Origin: Pocillopora damicornis
Taxonomy: Eukaryota
Length of the DNA: 64,000 nucleotides
Direction of reading: 5' to 3'
Assembly: GCF_003704095.1 (NCBI RefSeq)
Contig: NW_020846294.1
Span: forward strand, 186,001 to 250,000
The translations under genes were made by a program, and so were the position numbers. Each line of letters opens with the position of its first letter. Position 1 is the first letter of the stretch. Of the stretch, positions 60,101 to 64,000 are shown piece after piece. The notes under the pieces were generated by a model. The model did not search any database and was not told the DNA's origin. It was given only the letters and a program-made list of their open reading frames with translations.

Positions 60101-63100
60101 AATCTCTATTCACAATTGGGCATTACATTTGAGAAACAATTATCCTATTGATAAGAATATATCTGTTGGAAAGCCTTATCTGCCCTTTGGACAACTGGGT
60201 CCTGGTATTTAGGTGGACTTGGAAATGATGTTGGGGTGTTTACATGTATCATAGTAAGATAAGGAAAAAAAACTTGGTAATTGCCAAAACTTGTAGAAGT
60301 TTTTACACAATGGAGTTGTGTGTCAGAGGGGTAGATTTGTGTAAACATTCTTTTTGAGAGCCAAAAAAAGAGAGAGGAATAGCAATGTAGATATATATGC
60401 ATGCTCACTAGTTTTTCTAGTTTGAGCACTCTAGCATGGCTTAGATGATCCCACATGTGTGAGATCACTTGGGGTGGCTATATGGCCNNNNNNNNNNNNN
60501 NNNNNNNNNNNNNNNNNNNNNNNNNNNNNNNNNNNNNNNNNNNNNNNNNNNNNNNNNNNNNNNNNNNNNNNNNNNNNNNNNNNNNNNTCTATATATTATT
60601 CCTAGTTGGGTCATGCTAGGAAAACTTGGATAGCCTCCAGCTGTGTGGGCCATTTGGCTTGAGTACAGACTAAGACAGAAACTTTAAGAGTGAGGGCTGA
60701 AACCTGAAAAATTTATGACGTGACAGGTATAAGTTTGTTAGCCTAAACTTTTCATGTTTAAGATTATGACAGCCAAAACAAGAGAGTGGAAGGATGTGTA
60801 GGAACATATCAATTAAGTTTGGGTTATTATAATTTCTTTTATTTGCAGCCAAAATGGTAACTGTTGTCTGCGATGAAAGCAAGATAAAAGTGTTGCTGGA
60901 ACAGTCCGACAAATGTCCCAAGTTGAAGAACATTGTAAAGATTGGATCTTCTGTCACAGATGAGGAAAAGGAAGCTGGAGAGAAAGTTGGAATCAAAATC
61001 ACTTGTTTTAGAGAATTAGAAGTAAGTACAGCAAAGGAGGAATTCGGATAAAGTTTTTGCCCAACAATTTTTATTTTCTAATTGACGTTTGCGTGACAAA
61101 CGCAAAATTTTTCTCCGTTTTTCGCTCTGCTTTTACTGTTATGCTATCTCTGCATGTTTCTATTTGAACATCTGGTGCTGGCCACCATAAAATATAGGCA
61201 AGATTTTTTTAAGGTACACAGACTGTTACTATGCTCCCTCTAGGGTAAACATGTGCAAGACATACCGGAGAAGCTATGTTGTTAGTTTTGTTCAAGAATC
61301 ACTGATTAATATTTTTACGTTGATATTTATTCACTTGTGTTTATATTTATGTTTGTTTGTTGTTTTTTTAATAGGAAATAGGAAAAAATCACAGGCACCA
61401 GGAAAAGGTAGCTTGAATTTCAGAGTTCAATTCGTTAGTTCTATTTTGCTGTGATACGAATTTAACGTGGCGTAGGACTAATTTCGAAACAATTCGGAAG
61501 GGTGAGTTGTCTCGCCTCGGTGATAACCGTTTTAGGCGGGCCAACTTTTTCTTCTGTAGACACTTCGGCTCGCCGACCGAGTATAGCTTCCGTTAGCTGC
61601 TCTAATTTCAAAGATTCCAATTCGTCGCCAACGCACAACAAAGACACGTAATCGGACTGTTTTTCACGAATGACTTCAAACTGCAAGTGCAAAACGAAAC
61701 CTCCAACACGATTGATTCCTAGGGAATCACACTTTGGATCGGAAACGAAACGGCCACACACGTGAACCGGAAACTAAACGGTGGCCAGAACCGAGAGACT
61801 GGTGAGTGGACAGCCGTTACACCTCACAACTGGAGAATCCTACGCCACGAGTAGAAACATTCAACTGGTTTGCCCCCTCCCCCCCAAACAGTTGGGTATT
61901 TTTTACCTTGTTGTGTCTTTGTCGAATCGTTTATTTCTTTTATTTGGTTTATTAGCACTGTAGGACGCGCGTTTTTCCGCCCGCGGGAAGATTTGAGACG
62001 AGTCGTCGTGAAGTTTGCTGGGGGCCTGGCACTAATAAATCTTCGTTATCAGTGCCTGACCCCTTGCAGATCTCCCGCCGGTTCGCGTTATTCAGGTCGA
62101 ATACTTTCCAGTGGGCAAAAAATGCTCGTGCCGATCCGCCAATGATGAGTTTTGCTCAGCCCTATAACTTTTCTGCAAGGAACTCTGAGGAGCGTGATAA
62201 ATTCTCTTTTTTTTTCCTCCAATAGCCTCCTAAGCCAGAGGATCTTGCCGTTGTCTGCTATACAAGTGGTACAACAGGTCAGTGATTTTTTTTTTCGTTG
62301 TAGGAAAGACATTTATTCTTCTTGGATGGCCAACAAAAAACGTTGCACCCATGCTCGATAAAGGTTTTTTTTTCGCTTGTGGTACTTAGAGCTATCATAA
62401 CTCGTGTGTCTTTTCCGTTACAAGAATAACGTGTGCTTGTAAATATATCTATTTTGATCAGGTAATGCTAAAGGTGCCATGATAACGCATAAAAATGCGA
62501 TTGCAATGCTGTCTGGACTCGTCTATCTCGTTCAAGAGGTATCTTATAATCTTATATTGCTTGTTAATCTTGTTTGTTAAGCTCTCTCCTTTTACTTTGT
62601 GTTCTATGAACTTGGAAAGACTTTGCATATACCTAGCGGTGTATTTTGCCGTTCAATGTAACGCAACGCGTTTCTCCACTTGCGTTTTCTCTGGAGAAAA
62701 GGAGATAGAGGATTGCGTGACGACAGTTATTGTTGTTTCTGAGTTGATAATGTAAATTGGCCACCATAAAAAGTTTCTGACGCTGACATTTCGTTGCGTT
62801 AGCCCTTCTTCGAATGGCGTGAGAGCTAACGCCTGAAGTGTCAACTTTCAAAACTCCTTGCGGTGACCAATGTACTTCATCAACTCAGTCTATAAAACCA
62901 AATTATCTTGTAATACCTCAGTTTCGTTTGAAACTTCCCCCCTTTTTATGATTGTTTTTGCCGAGGATACCTGTGCCTCGGGTTGAAAAACACCGTCTTT
63001 CTGTTCAACTTGTTGTGTTTTACCCTAACTTGCTCTATCAATGTTTATTAGTGTGGAATTCTGATATCAAGTGAGGATGTTCACATTTCGTACCTTCCGT

Positions 63101-63881
63101 TGGCGCACATGTACGAGAGACTTGCTCAGGTGACTCAACTCTGAAACAAATAGTTTAAGTTGGTAATCAACCAGACGTTTAAACCATCGTAGCCTGTGGT
63201 GTGAACAAATGCGATGCAGTCAACATGTCGGTTGACGCGTCGCTTGTAACTTGTTTTTGCACTTCATGGTGACCGTAATTTCGTTTGCGTCGTGGAACGC
63301 GTCGGCAACGCGTTGGCAATGCGTCAGTTAACCGTTTGTCTCCACTAACAACGCTGACCGTATTTTTGTTATTTTGTGTTTTGTTGACGAACGTGTCGTT
63401 AACGTCTTAGTCGACTGTTGGCCTACGCGTCAGCCTTCGTCGATCACGTTGATGGTATTTTTTTTAAACTTTGTGTTTGTGTCGGCGAACGCGCCGGCAA
63501 CGCGTCAGTCGGATGTTGGCCGCTGCATCTGCATCCGCTAATCACGCTGACCGTATTTCTAGCTTAATTCTTGGGTCGGCCGATGGTTTATTGATTATTC
63601 GGCCGACGCGTTGTTCGTTTATCGGCTGACGCGTTGATCGTATGTCGGACAACTCATTGGGGATTTGTACTTGCAAGTTTTATTATTTTTATTACTATTA
63701 TTATTATTATTATTATTATTATCATTTTTATTATTATTATTATTATTACTTTTTTCCTCGAAACCTTGTAACTTGATTTTCTGTTTTCATTCCTCTAGCT
63801 GATGTTATTCACATATGGCGGAAAAGTCGGTTTCTATGGTGGCAATGCAAGAAACATTCTGGAAGATCTGCAAGTTCTCAA
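57111..63881 (+). CDS. ACSL: Long-chain-fatty-acid--CoA ligase (ACSL1/5/6-like); partial, exons missing at the gap and gene continues past the window
   Basis: Exons 57111-57272, 59214-59322, 59405-59472, [gap], 60849-61021, 61375-61407, 62226-62277, 62462-62538, 63052-63129 and 63799-63881. AMP-binding signature PPKPEDLAVVCYTSGTTGNAKGAMITH, plus ISYLPLAHMYER. Confidence 0.95.
59731..59970. mobile_element. MITE with GGCCC(A/G)GTTGTTCAAA-type inverted termini
   Basis: ggcccagttgttcaaa...aacccagggtt ... ccctgggttat...tttggacaacccaggcc. A related terminus lies at ~60187-60203. Confidence 0.6.
63200..63655. repeat. Degenerate CpG-rich tandem array built on (cc)gACGCGTc/tgg motifs
   Basis: Recurrent acgcgtcggc / acgcgttggc / acgctgaccgtattt units in an ACSL intron. 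Confidence 0.65.
63682..63748. repeat. (TTA)n microsatellite
   Basis: Imperfect run of ttattatta. Confidence 0.9.
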
Positions 63882-64000
63882 GTAAGTCAATGCATAGCGC
63901 TGTGACTTCCAGAACTGTAACTTCTCCTAACAATATCTATACTGGATACTGCAGTTAGATTTTGAGAATAGATTAGCGTATCTTGGTATAAATCCATATT

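Noticed and set aside
61462-62361. Short ORFs in ACSL introns
   Set aside because: They overlap repeat remnants or shadow a real ACSL exon in another frame or strand.

Overview
Intron-rich, AT-rich animal genomic DNA, most likely a scleractinian coral or related anthozoan (inferred from the repeat families and opsin types; no database check). It has three assembly gaps (6556-6655, 49954-49981, 60488-60587). Genes were reconstructed by hand from GT-AG splice sites and reading phase. Left to right: an uncharacterised type II membrane protein with Asp-rich tracts and a furin site (-); RPL34 (-) head-to-head with NAF1 (+); TIMM23 (-); TTC32 (-) head-to-head with SPC24 (+); two tandem intronless opsins (+) with tRNA-Leu(TAA) between them; an orphan coiled-coil/acidic-repeat gene (-); and HADH (-) head-to-head with an ACSL-type long-chain acyl-CoA ligase (+) that runs off the right edge. 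Introns hold many short non-autonomous elements: piggyBac-like TTAA MITEs, Penelope-like remnants with decayed hammerhead ribozymes, and a tRNA-derived SINE. Best leads: (1) both opsins have Asp at bovine-rhodopsin position 90 and no E113/E94/E292, a candidate new Schiff-base counterion or tuning site; (2) a stop-containing cassette exon in an RPL34 intron whose 5' splice site lies inside a 19-bp hairpin, a candidate AS-NMD autoregulatory switch; (3) the acidic, furin-cleavable membrane protein as a biomineralisation or lipid-transfer candidate; (4) nuclear-receptor elements in the shared HADH/ACSL promoter.
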